A stretch of 64,000 nucleotides of DNA from an uncultured Clostridia bacterium (GTDB taxonomy: Bacteria > Bacillota > Clostridia > Oscillospirales > CAG-382). Below the pieces are notes generated by a model, which was not told the DNA's origin, ran no database searches, and worked only from the letters and a program-made list of their open reading frames with translations. The stretch is taken from positions 1,314-65,313 of the forward strand of contig CALWBE010000062.1 of NCBI GenBank assembly GCA_944375955.1. The letters are read 5' to 3'. The position numbers were made by a program, and so were the translations under genes. Positions within the stretch are counted from its first letter, which is position 1, and the number at the start of each line of letters is the position of its first letter. Below, piece after piece: positions 35,516 to 46,593 of this stretch.

Positions 35516-36325
35516 TTACTTAACTTTTTTAGCTTTTTTCCAAATTTCCTCGACTTTGTTTACAGGCAATTCACAAATTTTCTTTCCCTGCTCAGCAGCA
35601 ATCTGCTCCATTATTGAAAATCTTTCAATAAATCTTTCATTTGCTTTATACAAAATCTGTTCAGGTTCAAGCCCCGCCAGTTTTATCGCATATGAAACCG
35701 CAAAAAGAATATCTCCCCATTCATCTTCGCAATCCTTTGGATCTTTTTCTTTTAAAGCTTCGCAAATTTCTTGATATTTCTCATTTATCTTATTAACTGC
35801 AGATTTCATGTCTGAATAGGAAAATCCCGCTTTTGCTGCTTTTTGTTGAATTTTTCCCGCTCTCAGCAGTGCCGGCATTGCCGGAGATACAGAACGAAGA
35901 TTATCTGTTGCAGTCTTTCTTTTTTTCTCCTCTTTTTTTATTTCGTCCCAGTTATTTAAAACTTCTTCAGATGTGGATGCTTTTACTTCTGCAAAAATGT
36001 GAGGGTGTCTTCTTATCAGCTTTTTGCAGATACCGTCCGTAACGTCATCTATATTAAAGGCACCTTCTTCCTCCGCCATGCGCGTATGGAATACTACCTG
36101 TAAAAGCACATCCCCTAATTCTTCTTTAAGAATATCGTTGTCATTGCTGTCTATTCCTTCCACAACTTCATATGTTTCCTCTATGAAATTGTTTCTTATA
36201 GAAGCATGTGTTTGCTCTTTATCCCATGGGCATCCGTTTTCTGAACGCAATATTTCCATTATTTCTCTTAAATCGTTAAAATCATATCTTTTCTTTTCCG
36301 TTATTTTTTTTATATTTATGTCCAT
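35516..36325 (-). CDS. mazG: MazG nucleoside-triphosphate pyrophosphohydrolase (tandem MazG domains)
   Basis: 269 aa. CPWDKEQTHASIRNNFIEETYEVVEGI, EELGDVLLQVVFH, RRHPHIF, and in the second domain EDEWGDILFAV. Confidence 0.9.
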   Translation of the reverse strand: MDINIKKITEKKRYDFNDLREIMEILRSENGCPWDKEQTHASIRNNFIEETYEVVEGIDSNDNDILKEELGDVLLQVVFHTRMAEEEGAFNIDDVTDGICKKLIRRHPHIFAEVKASTSEEVLNNWDEIKKEEKKRKTATDNLRSVSPAMPALLRAGKIQQKAAKAGFSYSDMKSAVNKINEKYQEICEALKEKDPKDCEDEWGDILFAVSYAIKLAGLEPEQILYKANERFIERFSIMEQIAAEQGKKICELPVNKVEEIWKKAKKVK

Positions 36326-36326
36326 A

Positions 36327-38000
36327 TTAATCTCCCAAAAGTCCTGCTTTTTTAAGAATTTTTATAATTTTTTCAGATTTAGGAAGCATTTTTATATCAT
36401 CTTCCGATATACCTTTAAGTATCAACAGCAGCAAAACATATATTACTGCTGCAACCGCTATTGAAATCAAAGTTACAAGTTTATCGCCCAACACGCCTCG
36501 CATAAGCCTGTATATGCATATGCACGGAACTATACATACTGCCGCAGATATCAAAGGCTTTAAAAACGTTCTTCTTATACTTGGGAAAAAATGAATTTTG
36601 CACGCTATAAAGAAAATATTGAAGATCATTATTGTAAGATAGCACAAAGCCGTTCCTACAGCCGCTCCCGTAAGCCCAACCGACGGTATCCCGAGCAGAA
36701 TATATGTTGACAGCGCCTTTATTAAAATACCGCATACCGTTGATACGATAGTAAGATTCTGAAGATGATATGCCTGAAGTACAGAATTTGTAACCGATAT
36801 CATTCCAAGGAAAAATACCGATAATCCGAGAACCGTAAGACACGGAGCCGCAAGATCTATATTGCTGACAGTATCCGTTATAGCATTATTCGGGTATATA
36901 AGAGAAATTATAGGTCTTGCCATCGCCGACATTCCTAAAGCACAAGGAAGCGCAACTATTGACGACACCCTGAAAGTCGATTCCATAAGCTTTTTAGATC
37001 TTTCAGAATCACCTGAACTGTAATATTTTGACAATGCAGGCAAGGCACTTATGGCAAACGGATAAATCAGAGTTGTAGGCATATTGAAAAGAGTCTGCGG
37101 CATTGCATAAGCTCCGTAACTTTTTTTTGCGATGTCTTTTGCCGTCTCATATAACATTCCCCCGGAAACTGCGGTTTCTGTAAGCCGCCTTGTAACAAGC
37201 ATCGTATCTACAACATTGGTGAGCCCCATTATTGACGAAGCAAGAGATATCGGGATTGAAATTACAACAAGCTCATACAAAAGATCTTTTGTACTTCTTA
37301 CCGCCATTTTCGGCTGATCGGCCTCAAGCTGCGCCTGAAAAAACATGTGTTTGAATATAACGATATACACTGTTGCCGCTATTACTCCTATCGTTACTCC
37401 GGCTATGACAAATGCCGCTACAATATCAATAGGATATCCGCGCTTTAAAAAATACCATCCGGCAATTAAACCTATAGAAAGTTTGCCTACAGATTCTATG
37501 ACCTGTGATACCGCGGTAGGAGTCATATTCTGCAAGCCCTGAAAATATCCTCTGTATGCTGATGATATACATATAAAAAACAAAGTCGGCGCTATTGCTA
37601 TCATCGCATATTCTGATCCGTCAAGCTCTGCAGTCTCGGCAAAAAATTTCGCGCACGATATCATTATTATCGTCGCAGCAGCACCCACTGCAAAAAATAC
37701 CCAGTATGATATCCTGAAAATTCTGTTAACTTCGCGGTGATTTCCGTGACTGTTGCTTGTTGCTATCATTCTCGAAATTGCGACAGGAATACCTGCTGTC
37801 GAAATCATATAAAATGAAACATAAATATTGTATGCCGCCTGAAAATATGCCATTCCCTCTTCCATTATCAAATGCTGAAGCGGTATTTTAAACAATGCTC
37901 CTATCAGCTTGACAAGGACATTCGATACCATAAGTATTACTGCGCCAAGCATAAATGTCTGACTTCCCCTGCCGCTTCTTATTGATGTCTTATCTGACAA
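36327..38000 (-). CDS. MOP-superfamily polysaccharide/lipid-II flippase-like protein (SpoVB/YabM/MurJ-like)
   Basis: 557 aa with about 14 TM helices. Sits in the syntenic position of yabM upstream of mazG. TTG start after AGGTG. Confidence 0.8.
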   Translation of the reverse strand: MSDKTSIRSGRGSQTFMLGAVILMVSNVLVKLIGALFKIPLQHLIMEEGMAYFQAAYNIYVSFYMISTAGIPVAISRMIATSNSHGNHREVNRIFRISYWVFFAVGAAATIIMISCAKFFAETAELDGSEYAMIAIAPTLFFICISSAYRGYFQGLQNMTPTAVSQVIESVGKLSIGLIAGWYFLKRGYPIDIVAAFVIAGVTIGVIAATVYIVIFKHMFFQAQLEADQPKMAVRSTKDLLYELVVISIPISLASSIMGLTNVVDTMLVTRRLTETAVSGGMLYETAKDIAKKSYGAYAMPQTLFNMPTTLIYPFAISALPALSKYYSSGDSERSKKLMESTFRVSSIVALPCALGMSAMARPIISLIYPNNAITDTVSNIDLAAPCLTVLGLSVFFLGMISVTNSVLQAYHLQNLTIVSTVCGILIKALSTYILLGIPSVGLTGAAVGTALCYLTIMIFNIFFIACKIHFFPSIRRTFLKPLISAAVCIVPCICIYRLMRGVLGDKLVTLISIAVAAVIYVLLLLILKGISEDDIKMLPKSEKIIKILKKAGLLGD

Positions 38001-38017
38001 AAATCACACCTGCTCTC

Positions 38018-39484
38018 TCAATTATATTGTTCTGCATAAAACCGTATTATATTTTCCTTCTTTTTATAAATATAATCTGCAGCTCTTAAATATTCATACG
38101 GATATTTTGGATTGTATATTTTTCTCGTATTTGAAAGGTCTTTAGATACAAGTTTTGTCGCCGCACCGGCACCGGCTGCAAGAACAGTATGAAAGCCCTC
38201 CATCATATACACGTTATAAAGACCTGCTGAAAATTCATCTCTGGTATAACCCGTATTTTCAAAATTTCCTTCAGTATTTTTCTGCCTGTATATGTAATAC
38301 GGAAAATATCCGCTGTCTGTTATTTTTTTATATGAATACGAGATCATATCCGCTATTTTGTCGTCCGAAATATCAAACCGCCTTCCCTCACAGGTGTATT
38401 CGGATGATTTCTTAAGAGAAAAAGCATGTACCGTTATATTTCCGGGAAGCAATGAAACGACATCATCTACACTTTTGCGGAAGCTTTCAGTACTTTCTCC
38501 GGGAAGTCCCGCAATAAGATCTGTATTTACAGAAAATCCCAATTCCTCCGCCATATGATACGCTTTAATATAATCGCTGAATGTATGCCCTCTTCCGACC
38601 GAGCTCAATATGCTGTCATTTGTTGTCTGTGTATTTACGCTTATTCGACCTACTCCATACTTTTTCAGTAATTCAAGCTTTTTTTTATTTATTGTATCCG
38701 GCCGCCCTGCCTCGCAGGTAAATTCGACGTTCTGATTTAATTCAAAATTATTATTCAACATTTCAAGCAGCTTTTCCAGCTGCTTTTCTTCAAGTACTGT
38801 CGGAGTTCCTCCGCCTATATATACGCTTTTTAATTTTAGATTTAAGCTTCGTGCAGTTTCAGACAGCATACTGACCTCTTTTAAAAGTGCGTCGGTATAT
38901 TCCGGCAAAAGTGCTTTTAACTGCGGCGTAGCATATGACACGAACGAACAGTACCGGCATCTTCCGGGGCAAAACGGTATCCCTATATAAAGACTGTAAT
39001 CACGCTCTTTATATCTATTAAGAACCTTTTTATCAAATTCCGCAACTTCTACCGCAAGTGCTGCCTTTTCAGGACTTACAAGATATCTCTTCTCAAGCGC
39101 CTCACATACCTGCGGTGGCGCAAGTCCTTCATCAATCATAAGCCCTAACGCAAACCGAGCCGGTTTTACACCTGTCATGATCCCCCACGGCGGAATATAG
39201 CCAGTTCTCTCATTCAAAAGAGATATGATCATTTTCCCGCAGAAACATTTTACCGCTCCGCTGTATTCGGGCAAATATTCCTTCATCTGCTTTTCTGTTT
39301 TCTTTCCGTCGAAGGTGAGTAACGCCTTTCCGTAAATGCTGTCTTTCTCTCGGCTTATCAAAATATCAAGACACTTGTCCGAACTGCCTTTTCCGAATTT
39401 CTCACAAGGAAAATACAATAACACAAGAGCTTCTATATATCTCTCGCTTACCGTCGCATCGTTTGTATTAAGAACTATTTTCAT
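38018..39484 (-). CDS. Radical SAM protein, HemN/HemZ (coproporphyrinogen dehydrogenase-like) family
   Basis: 488 aa. YIGIPFCPGRCRYCSF is the CxxxCxxC motif. GGGTPT and a HemN-like C-domain are present. ATGA overlap with dtd. Confidence 0.8.
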   Translation of the reverse strand: MKIVLNTNDATVSERYIEALVLLYFPCEKFGKGSSDKCLDILISREKDSIYGKALLTFDGKKTEKQMKEYLPEYSGAVKCFCGKMIISLLNERTGYIPPWGIMTGVKPARFALGLMIDEGLAPPQVCEALEKRYLVSPEKAALAVEVAEFDKKVLNRYKERDYSLYIGIPFCPGRCRYCSFVSYATPQLKALLPEYTDALLKEVSMLSETARSLNLKLKSVYIGGGTPTVLEEKQLEKLLEMLNNNFELNQNVEFTCEAGRPDTINKKKLELLKKYGVGRISVNTQTTNDSILSSVGRGHTFSDYIKAYHMAEELGFSVNTDLIAGLPGESTESFRKSVDDVVSLLPGNITVHAFSLKKSSEYTCEGRRFDISDDKIADMISYSYKKITDSGYFPYYIYRQKNTEGNFENTGYTRDEFSAGLYNVYMMEGFHTVLAAGAGAATKLVSKDLSNTRKIYNPKYPYEYLRAADYIYKKKENIIRFYAEQYN

Positions 39485-39951
39485 TTTTTCATATCATCTG
39501 TATCAAGAATTATTGTTACAGGTCCGTCATTAAGCAAGGATACCTTCATATCCGCACCAAACTCTCCTGTTTTTGTAACTATGCCATGTTCGTTTGAAAG
39601 TCTCTCGGCAAAAAGCTCATACAGCTTCTTTGCTGTTTCAGGCTTTGCAGCCGCAAAAAAATCAGGTCTGTTTCCGCGTCGTGTATTTGCGCACAATGTG
39701 AACTGAGATATAACAAGCACTGAATAAGGCTTTTTGTTATCCTTAAAATCAAGCAGAGATAAATTCATTTTCCCGGCGTCATCGTTAAAAATCCTTAATT
39801 TTGCCGTCTTATCCGCAAGAAGTTTGCTTTCATTTTCAGTATCCCCTTCACAGACTCCAAGCAATATTAAAAAACCGTTTTCTATTTCTCCCAAAACTTT
39901 GCCTTCAACTTTTACCTGTGCAAATGTCACTCGCTGAATTACTGCTTTCAT
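39481..39951 (-). CDS. dtd: D-aminoacyl-tRNA deacylase
   Basis: MKAVIQRV..., ISQFTL, RRGNRPDF, GEFGADMKVSLLNDGPVTIILD. Confidence 0.93.
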   Translation of the reverse strand: MKAVIQRVTFAQVKVEGKVLGEIENGFLILLGVCEGDTENESKLLADKTAKLRIFNDDAGKMNLSLLDFKDNKKPYSVLVISQFTLCANTRRGNRPDFFAAAKPETAKKLYELFAERLSNEHGIVTKTGEFGADMKVSLLNDGPVTIILDTDDMKK

Positions 39952-40066
39952 TTCGTTTTACTCCAATATAAAATATAATTTCGGCTTTTAAAAAGCCTCC
40001 TTAAGTTTTGACGGATGCATTTACAGCAAAATAATATATTGTTTTGCCGTAAATTTAAAAAAAGTA

Positions 40067-42292
40067 TCATGAAAATCCGCGCGTCACATCAGAGACGTCC
40101 TCTAATTTGCGTATTCTTTGAAGAATAGTATTTACATGAGTAGTATTTTTACAGGTTATATTTATAGTTATCTGCAGCATTTTATTTGTCTTAATAACCT
40201 TTGAATTAAGAGTATTTACCTGAACCTTTAAATCATTCAACAAATTGGAGAGTTCAGCTATAACCGTAAGCGAGTTTTTAGCATAAATCTGAAGAATTGT
40301 TTCAAAACCGCTTTCAGAGTTGCTGTGATTTATAGAATACTGCGACCAGTGGACCGAAACCCATCTGTCCTTTTCACTTTCATCAGAAGTTCCGGCAATT
40401 GCGTTAGGGCAGTCCTGCTTATGCACCGATACACCGAATCCTCTTGTAACAAAACCTATTATTTTATCTCCCGGAAGCGGATTGCAGCATCTTGCAAATC
40501 TTATCTGACAATTATCTATTCCGTCTACTATTACAGCCTGATTTATACCATGCGGCTGTTTTTTAGAATTATCCTGATATGTCACGGACATGTTTCCTGA
40601 AATATCTGATAATTTATCATCGCCTTCAGGCATTACTACTCTTATAAATTCATCTCTGAGCTTAGGTACAATTTTAGAAAGAGACATGCCTCCATATCCG
40701 AGACTATTGTAAAAGTCATCCGGATCTGACATTCCTATACGTGCCGAAATATTTGAGATTATCTCATCGCGCTGCTGTTCGGTATACGCTTTGCCAAAAC
40801 CTTTTAGCTCGCGCTCTATCATACTTTTGCCTTCAGCTATGTTTTCTGTACGCTTCTCTCTCTTATACCACTGGCGTATCTTATTTTTTGCCTCGCTTGT
40901 CCTAACTATTTTAAGCCAGTCTTTACTCGGTCCTTTAGGAGTTGAAGAAGTTATAACCTCTACTATCTGTCCGGTTTGAAGTACTGTATCTATCGGTACT
41001 ATCATACCGTTTACTTTGGCGCCGATCATTCTGTTTCCTACTTCGCTGTGTATTGCAAAAGCAAAATCTATCGCAGTCGCTCCGCTCTGAAGACTGATTA
41101 CATCGCCTTTCGGAGTAAACACAAATATTTCATCCTCAAAAATATCTATTTTAAGAGGCTTTAAAAATTCATCGTTGTCAGCGTCGCCCTTTTCGGTTTC
41201 AACAAGTGTTCTTATCCATTTCAGCTTTTCAGCTATATTCTCTTTGTCCGCATCTCCCGATTTATATTTCCAGTGCGCGGCTACTCCGTATTCAGCTACC
41301 GTATGCATTTCCCATGTTCTTATCTGAACTTCAAACGGTATTCCGTGCCTTCCTATAACCGTAGTATGCAGCGATCTGTATAAATTGGGTTTTGGCGTGG
41401 AAATATAATCCTTAAATCTTCCGGGAATGAGATTGAACATCTCATGTATTATTCCCAATACCGTATAGCATTCAAGCTCGGTATCTACAATTATTCTTAT
41501 GGCGTAAAAATCATATATTTCATCAAAGCTTTTACCTTGATTGTACATCTTTTTGTATATACTGAAAATAGATTTTACCCTGCCCGACATCGAATATTTT
41601 ATTTTTTCACTGTCAAGCTTCTCTGATATTTGTTTTTGCGCATTCTCAAGAAAATCCCGGTTTTCTCCATAACGGTGTTCTACGTCATTTTTTACTTCGT
41701 CATATCCTATCGGGTCGAGGTATTTTAAAGAAAGATTTTCAAGCTCGCCTTTTATCTTCTGAATACCGAGTCGATGTGCGAGAGGTGCATACACATGCAT
41801 GGTCTCAAGGGCTATCGACCTCTGCTTCTCATCAGGCTGAGCAGAAAGAGTTCTCATATTATGAAGACGGTCGGCAAGTTTGATAAATATTACCCTTATG
41901 TCCTTTGACATTGCAAGGAACATTTTTCTTAAGTTCTCTACGCTCTCTTCTTCTCTGTTTTCAAAATGGATGTCTACAAGCTTTGTAAGTCCGTCAACAA
42001 GTTCGGATACTTCTTCTCCGAAAAGCTTTTTTATAGTCTCGCCGTTTGTCTTATCTTTACAGTCCTCCAAAGTATCATGCAAAAGCGCCGCACATACCGA
42101 GTCTGTATCAAGCTCGAGCTGCGCTACTATTTTTGCAACCGCAACAGGATGTGATATATATTCTTCTCCGGATTTCCTGTACTGACCTTCATGCATTTCA
42201 TGAGCATAGTCGTATGCTTTCTTTATTTTATCAAAGTTATACTGCGAACTTATATTTATAAGACTTTCATATAAATCAGAATAATAATCCAT
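40067..42292 (-). CDS. relA: Bifunctional (p)ppGpp synthetase/hydrolase (long RSH)
   Basis: 741 aa. HD domain (HPVAVA..., LHDTLED), synthetase YRSLHTTV, and TGS, zinc-finger (CC) and ACT regions. Confidence 0.95.
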   Translation of the reverse strand: MDYYSDLYESLINISSQYNFDKIKKAYDYAHEMHEGQYRKSGEEYISHPVAVAKIVAQLELDTDSVCAALLHDTLEDCKDKTNGETIKKLFGEEVSELVDGLTKLVDIHFENREEESVENLRKMFLAMSKDIRVIFIKLADRLHNMRTLSAQPDEKQRSIALETMHVYAPLAHRLGIQKIKGELENLSLKYLDPIGYDEVKNDVEHRYGENRDFLENAQKQISEKLDSEKIKYSMSGRVKSIFSIYKKMYNQGKSFDEIYDFYAIRIIVDTELECYTVLGIIHEMFNLIPGRFKDYISTPKPNLYRSLHTTVIGRHGIPFEVQIRTWEMHTVAEYGVAAHWKYKSGDADKENIAEKLKWIRTLVETEKGDADNDEFLKPLKIDIFEDEIFVFTPKGDVISLQSGATAIDFAFAIHSEVGNRMIGAKVNGMIVPIDTVLQTGQIVEVITSSTPKGPSKDWLKIVRTSEAKNKIRQWYKREKRTENIAEGKSMIERELKGFGKAYTEQQRDEIISNISARIGMSDPDDFYNSLGYGGMSLSKIVPKLRDEFIRVVMPEGDDKLSDISGNMSVTYQDNSKKQPHGINQAVIVDGIDNCQIRFARCCNPLPGDKIIGFVTRGFGVSVHKQDCPNAIAGTSDESEKDRWVSVHWSQYSINHSNSESGFETILQIYAKNSLTVIAELSNLLNDLKVQVNTLNSKVIKTNKMLQITINITCKNTTHVNTILQRIRKLEDVSDVTRGFS

Positions 42293-42311
42293 AATAAACT
42301 CTCCGATATTT

Positions 42312-44414
42312 TCACTTTCCCGAATTGCGAAGTTTTGTGAGAAATCTTGAATTTTCTATATTTATCTTGCCGTTTATGCTGTTGATACCTACAGATATTT
42401 CATTGAGAGAATATCTCTCCGAAACAATAAGCCCCATTTCACTGAAAATGTCCAGCATAATATTAAGCATACACGGCGTCACTGAGATTGCAAATTCTTT
42501 TGATAACGACCTTGCGGCTTTACATACGTCAAGTTCTGTCGTTTTTTCTTCTTTTGCCATTGAACGCAAATATATAAAGGCTGCTCTTAGTGCCTGCATA
42601 TCGGGAAGATTTTCTTTTGAAACTGCAAATGACGCTATTGCACGAAGATAATCCTTAGCCTGTCTGTTCATGTACTGCGCGGTTATGCCCGAAATCTTCA
42701 TATCCCGTACATTAAGTCTTACTGTACGGTTTCCGCGAAATTCATTTATTTCAAGGTTAAACGCTATATCCGCAGTATCTCCTTGTAAAAATCCGAATTT
42801 TTCCGGTGTTTTATTAAAATATACCGCTGTAAAACGCTTTCCGCTTTTTTCAATACTGAGTCTTAAATGCTTATTCATTCCTATAGGCGTGATATCTTCT
42901 ATCAAGGCTTCTCTTAAAATAAATACCGGCGCCGGATTTGAATTGCCGAACGGCTCAAGTATTTTCAGCATTTCTGCATGCTCTGTATCTATTTCTTCCT
43001 CAGTAATTTCACTATCTGCATATATGTGTGCAATACGCATTTCATCGGTTATTTTTTCAAACGCATAATCATTGATTGCCTTCTTAAAATCTTCAAAGCA
43101 TTCCTTTTTTATAGATAACCCAGCTGCAAGTTCATGCCCTCCGTATTTTAACAAAGTTTCTTTGCACTCTCTAAATGCTTCATTTATATTGAATCCTGCT
43201 ATACTGCGTGCCGACCCTTTGCCCGTATTGTCCGAAAAAGTTATGAGAACACATGGAAGTCCGTACTTTTCCACAATACGCGAAGCTACTATGCCTATAA
43301 CTCCCTGATGCCAGTTTTCACTTGCAAGAACTATCACCTTGTCCTTTTCCGAATCAAACTCTGTTTTTATCTTTTCTGCCGCTTCCGCAAGAATGCTGTT
43401 TTCTATCGCCTGACGCTCACGGTTAAGTCTGCATAGTTCTTTAGCAATCGCCTCGGCTCTCAGTTTGTTTGATGTAATAAGCAGCTCTGCCGCATACTTT
43501 ACATCTCCTATCCTGCCTGCGGCATTAAGCCGCGGGGCAACCGCAAATCCTATAGTAGAAGCCGTGATATTTCTCGGCACCCCGGGCGCTGCCGGAACTG
43601 CTTCAGTTAACAGTGCTTTTATTCCCACATTATTTTCATCATTTAAAACTTTAAGTCCATGAGCCACTATCCTGCGATTTTCTCCATAAAGCGGCATGAC
43701 ATCCGCAATGGTACCGAGAGTAACTATATCAAGATACCTATCACAAAGTTCTGAAATATCTGCTTTCTCCTCAAGCGCACATATAAGCTTAAATACCACT
43801 CCTACTCCCGCAAGTTCCTTGAAAGGATATCTGCTTCCCGGACGCTTCGGATTTATTATAGCTTCGGCTTCAGCCGGAAGTTCTAAAGGACATTCGTGGT
43901 GATCTGTTATTACTATACTCATTCCAAGCTGTTTTATATATGCACATTCTCCCACCGACGTAATACCCGTATCAACGGTTATTATAAGATCTATATGCGC
44001 TGCTGAAAATCTATCTATCGCATCTTTATTCAGGCCGTATCCTTCAGATACTCTTTCAGGTATATAATAGCATACGTTTGCTCCTTTTGATGTGAGATAA
44101 AGATAAAGCGCTGCAACTGACGATATGCCGTCGACATCATAGTCTCCGTATATAAGAATCCTTTCTTTTCCCGCTATCGCCGTTTTTATTCTTTTTGTCG
44201 CCTTATCCATATCTTCAAGCAGATATGGATCATGAAAATAAAAATCGTCCGTAGATAAAAAATCCCTTGCGGATTCCGTATCGCTTATTCCTCGCGCCGC
44301 AAGCAATCGGGCAAGAAAAGGTGAAAGTCCGAGTTCCTCGGACATTCGTTTTACAGCTTCGGCATCATATTCTTTTATAAGCCATTCTTTTTCGTCTTTT
44401 AATTTTATATTCAT
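42312..44414 (-). CDS. recJ: Single-stranded-DNA-specific exonuclease RecJ
   Basis: 700 aa. DHH motifs YGDYDVDGISS, ITVDTG, ITDHH; DHHA1 GGHELAAG. Confidence 0.93.
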   Translation of the reverse strand: MNIKLKDEKEWLIKEYDAEAVKRMSEELGLSPFLARLLAARGISDTESARDFLSTDDFYFHDPYLLEDMDKATKRIKTAIAGKERILIYGDYDVDGISSVAALYLYLTSKGANVCYYIPERVSEGYGLNKDAIDRFSAAHIDLIITVDTGITSVGECAYIKQLGMSIVITDHHECPLELPAEAEAIINPKRPGSRYPFKELAGVGVVFKLICALEEKADISELCDRYLDIVTLGTIADVMPLYGENRRIVAHGLKVLNDENNVGIKALLTEAVPAAPGVPRNITASTIGFAVAPRLNAAGRIGDVKYAAELLITSNKLRAEAIAKELCRLNRERQAIENSILAEAAEKIKTEFDSEKDKVIVLASENWHQGVIGIVASRIVEKYGLPCVLITFSDNTGKGSARSIAGFNINEAFRECKETLLKYGGHELAAGLSIKKECFEDFKKAINDYAFEKITDEMRIAHIYADSEITEEEIDTEHAEMLKILEPFGNSNPAPVFILREALIEDITPIGMNKHLRLSIEKSGKRFTAVYFNKTPEKFGFLQGDTADIAFNLEINEFRGNRTVRLNVRDMKISGITAQYMNRQAKDYLRAIASFAVSKENLPDMQALRAAFIYLRSMAKEEKTTELDVCKAARSLSKEFAISVTPCMLNIMLDIFSEMGLIVSERYSLNEISVGINSINGKINIENSRFLTKLRNSGK

Positions 44415-44441
44415 GAGCTTTATAAATTTATTTTATCCTCT

Positions 44442-44864
44442 TTATAATATTTTTACGATTTCAACACACAGATTTTTTTTCATGTACCTGTTAAGTCCAA
44501 GGCACAATGAAACAATAGAAATTATAAACGCTCCTAAAGCCGCAGCGGAAGCGAAAGCAAATGCGGAACCGTTTATCGAATACACGGTATAATATACCGC
44601 AAATGCAATTATTATCGGCAGAATAAACACTGCAAACGTACATCCTAAAATCAACGAGCTTTTTGCTGACAAAAGTACCTCGTCTCCCTGCTGGGCTCCG
44701 GCAGAGTTTATTACATTTATTTCAACCGGTTTAGCTTCTGAGCATTCTGCCCCAATGCCGGCGCACAAATTTTTCTGTCGGCAGCCTTCGCATGCCGACT
44801 TTCGGACAACAAGCACTTTTGCTGTGTTGCCGTCTGTTGAAATTACTTTTCCTTTTTGTAGCAT
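44442..44864 (-). CDS. RseC/MucC (SoxR-reducing system) family membrane protein
   Basis: MLQKGKVISTDGNTAKVLVVRKSACEGCRQKNLCA... followed by two TM helices. ATG 44864 is 7 nt after AAGGTG; the track GTG 44873 lies inside the RBS. Confidence 0.7.
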   Translation of the reverse strand: MLQKGKVISTDGNTAKVLVVRKSACEGCRQKNLCAGIGAECSEAKPVEINVINSAGAQQGDEVLLSAKSSLILGCTFAVFILPIIIAFAVYYTVYSINGSAFAFASAAALGAFIISIVSLCLGLNRYMKKNLCVEIVKIL

Positions 44865-44880
44865 GATTTTCACCTTAATT

Positions 44881-46539
44881 TCACACTAACCTGCATTTTT
44901 CAATAAATGCAAGCGCGCAGCGTATACCATCTACAGCTGCACTTGTTATACCCCCGGCATATCCTGCTCCTTCACCGCATGGATAAAGTCCTTTGCATAC
45001 AACAGACTCAAAGTATTCGTTTCGCAATATGCGAACTGGAGATGAAGTTCTGGTCTCGGGTGCTGTAAGAATCGCGGAATCAGTACTGAATCCATTTATC
45101 TGCCTATCAAAAAAAGTTATTCCTTCTCCTAAAAGTTTAGATATATTATGCGGAAAAAGGCTTGATATATCACATAACTCTGTTTTGCCGGTATATGACG
45201 GTTTTACATCTTTAATTTCAAGTTTTGAATGTCCCAAAAAATGACCTAAATTTTCTATCGGAGCCGCGCCGGCAGAACCTGCCAGCCGGTATGCTGCCCT
45301 TTCTATATCTTCCTGAAACCGCATCCCCGCAAAAAGTCCGCCTTGAAGATCAGTCTGATTTACGGAAACCGCTATTGCTGAGTTGGCATTAATTCCGTTG
45401 CGGCATGAATAGCTCATTCCGTTTGTTACTATTGTATCCTTCTCGCTTGCTGACGCAACTACTGTTCCTCCAGGGCACATGCAGAACGAATATACCGCAT
45501 GTTCTCCGAACCTTCTTGACAGCGAATATTCTCCCTGCGGCAAGGCAGGATTATCATAGTTTTTTCCATAAAGCGAACGGTTTATATTTTCCTGAAGATG
45601 CTCTATCCTTACACCTACGGAAAATGGTTTTGCACAAAGTTCTACTCCTGTTTCCGCAAGCATTTTAAAAGTATCCCTTGCGCTGTGTCCGACAGCAAGG
45701 AAAACCGAGTCGGTCTCTATTTCTCCATTGCTTGTTACAGCACCGCACACGCTGCCATCAGAATGCCTTCTTATTCCCGTAAGGCATGTGTTAAAATATA
45801 TTTCTCCGCCAAGCGATATTATTGTCTTCCTTATATTTTTCACAACCGCGCGAAGCTTGTCTGTTCCCACATGAGGTTTTGCATTCACCAAAATATCGTG
45901 ATTGGCACCGTGCCGGTAAAATACCTCCAAAACATATGAACACAACTTGTCGTTTATGCGGGTCATAAGCTTTCCGTCTGAAAAAGTTCCGGCCCCGCCT
46001 TCTCCAAACTGTACGTTCGTCTCGGTATCAAGCGCTCCGCCTTTCCAGTAGCTGTCTACTTTTTCAGCTCTAGTATCAACGTCGCTTCCACGTTCTATTA
46101 CGACAGGACAAAAGCCCGCTTGCGCCAATATCAGCGAAAGAAAAATTCCGCATGGGCCGAATCCGACTACAACCGGTCGTGTTCTACGGCATGTTTTAGA
46201 TGTGTCTAAGATAAGCTGAGAGTCATCAAGTACAGTCAACGAATGTTTTCTACAATAATTTAAAAAATCATCATATTTTTTTTCGTCAAGAAAAATTTCT
46301 TCGTTAAGTTCAAATATTACGGAATAAACAAACGAAATCTCTTCTTTTTTTCTCGCATCAACAGATTTCTTAAAAACAGCAAAACTATTTTCATTGCAGT
46401 ATATCTTTCCGCATGTACGTTTTACTTTTTTTACCGCCTCAAAAATTGCCGCTTTGTCATAATCAAACTTCTGTGCATTAGGGTTTAAAGGTATTCGCAC
46501 TTCACGCAAAACCAATTTTTTCACTCTTTTTTTAATCAT
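44881..46539 (-). CDS. FAD-dependent oxidoreductase (uncharacterised FAD-dehydrogenase, COG2509-like)
   Basis: 552 aa. Dinucleotide fold VVVGFGPCGIFLSLILAQAGFCPVVIERG. GGAGTFSDGKL. C-terminal GEGAGYAGGITSAAVDG. Confidence 0.8.
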   Translation of the reverse strand: MIKKRVKKLVLREVRIPLNPNAQKFDYDKAAIFEAVKKVKRTCGKIYCNENSFAVFKKSVDARKKEEISFVYSVIFELNEEIFLDEKKYDDFLNYCRKHSLTVLDDSQLILDTSKTCRRTRPVVVGFGPCGIFLSLILAQAGFCPVVIERGSDVDTRAEKVDSYWKGGALDTETNVQFGEGGAGTFSDGKLMTRINDKLCSYVLEVFYRHGANHDILVNAKPHVGTDKLRAVVKNIRKTIISLGGEIYFNTCLTGIRRHSDGSVCGAVTSNGEIETDSVFLAVGHSARDTFKMLAETGVELCAKPFSVGVRIEHLQENINRSLYGKNYDNPALPQGEYSLSRRFGEHAVYSFCMCPGGTVVASASEKDTIVTNGMSYSCRNGINANSAIAVSVNQTDLQGGLFAGMRFQEDIERAAYRLAGSAGAAPIENLGHFLGHSKLEIKDVKPSYTGKTELCDISSLFPHNISKLLGEGITFFDRQINGFSTDSAILTAPETRTSSPVRILRNEYFESVVCKGLYPCGEGAGYAGGITSAAVDGIRCALAFIEKCRLV

Positions 46540-46593
46540 TTTCAGAAACTTCCGGATATTTTCACTTTAACTTTAGCTTTAATTACCTTTGCC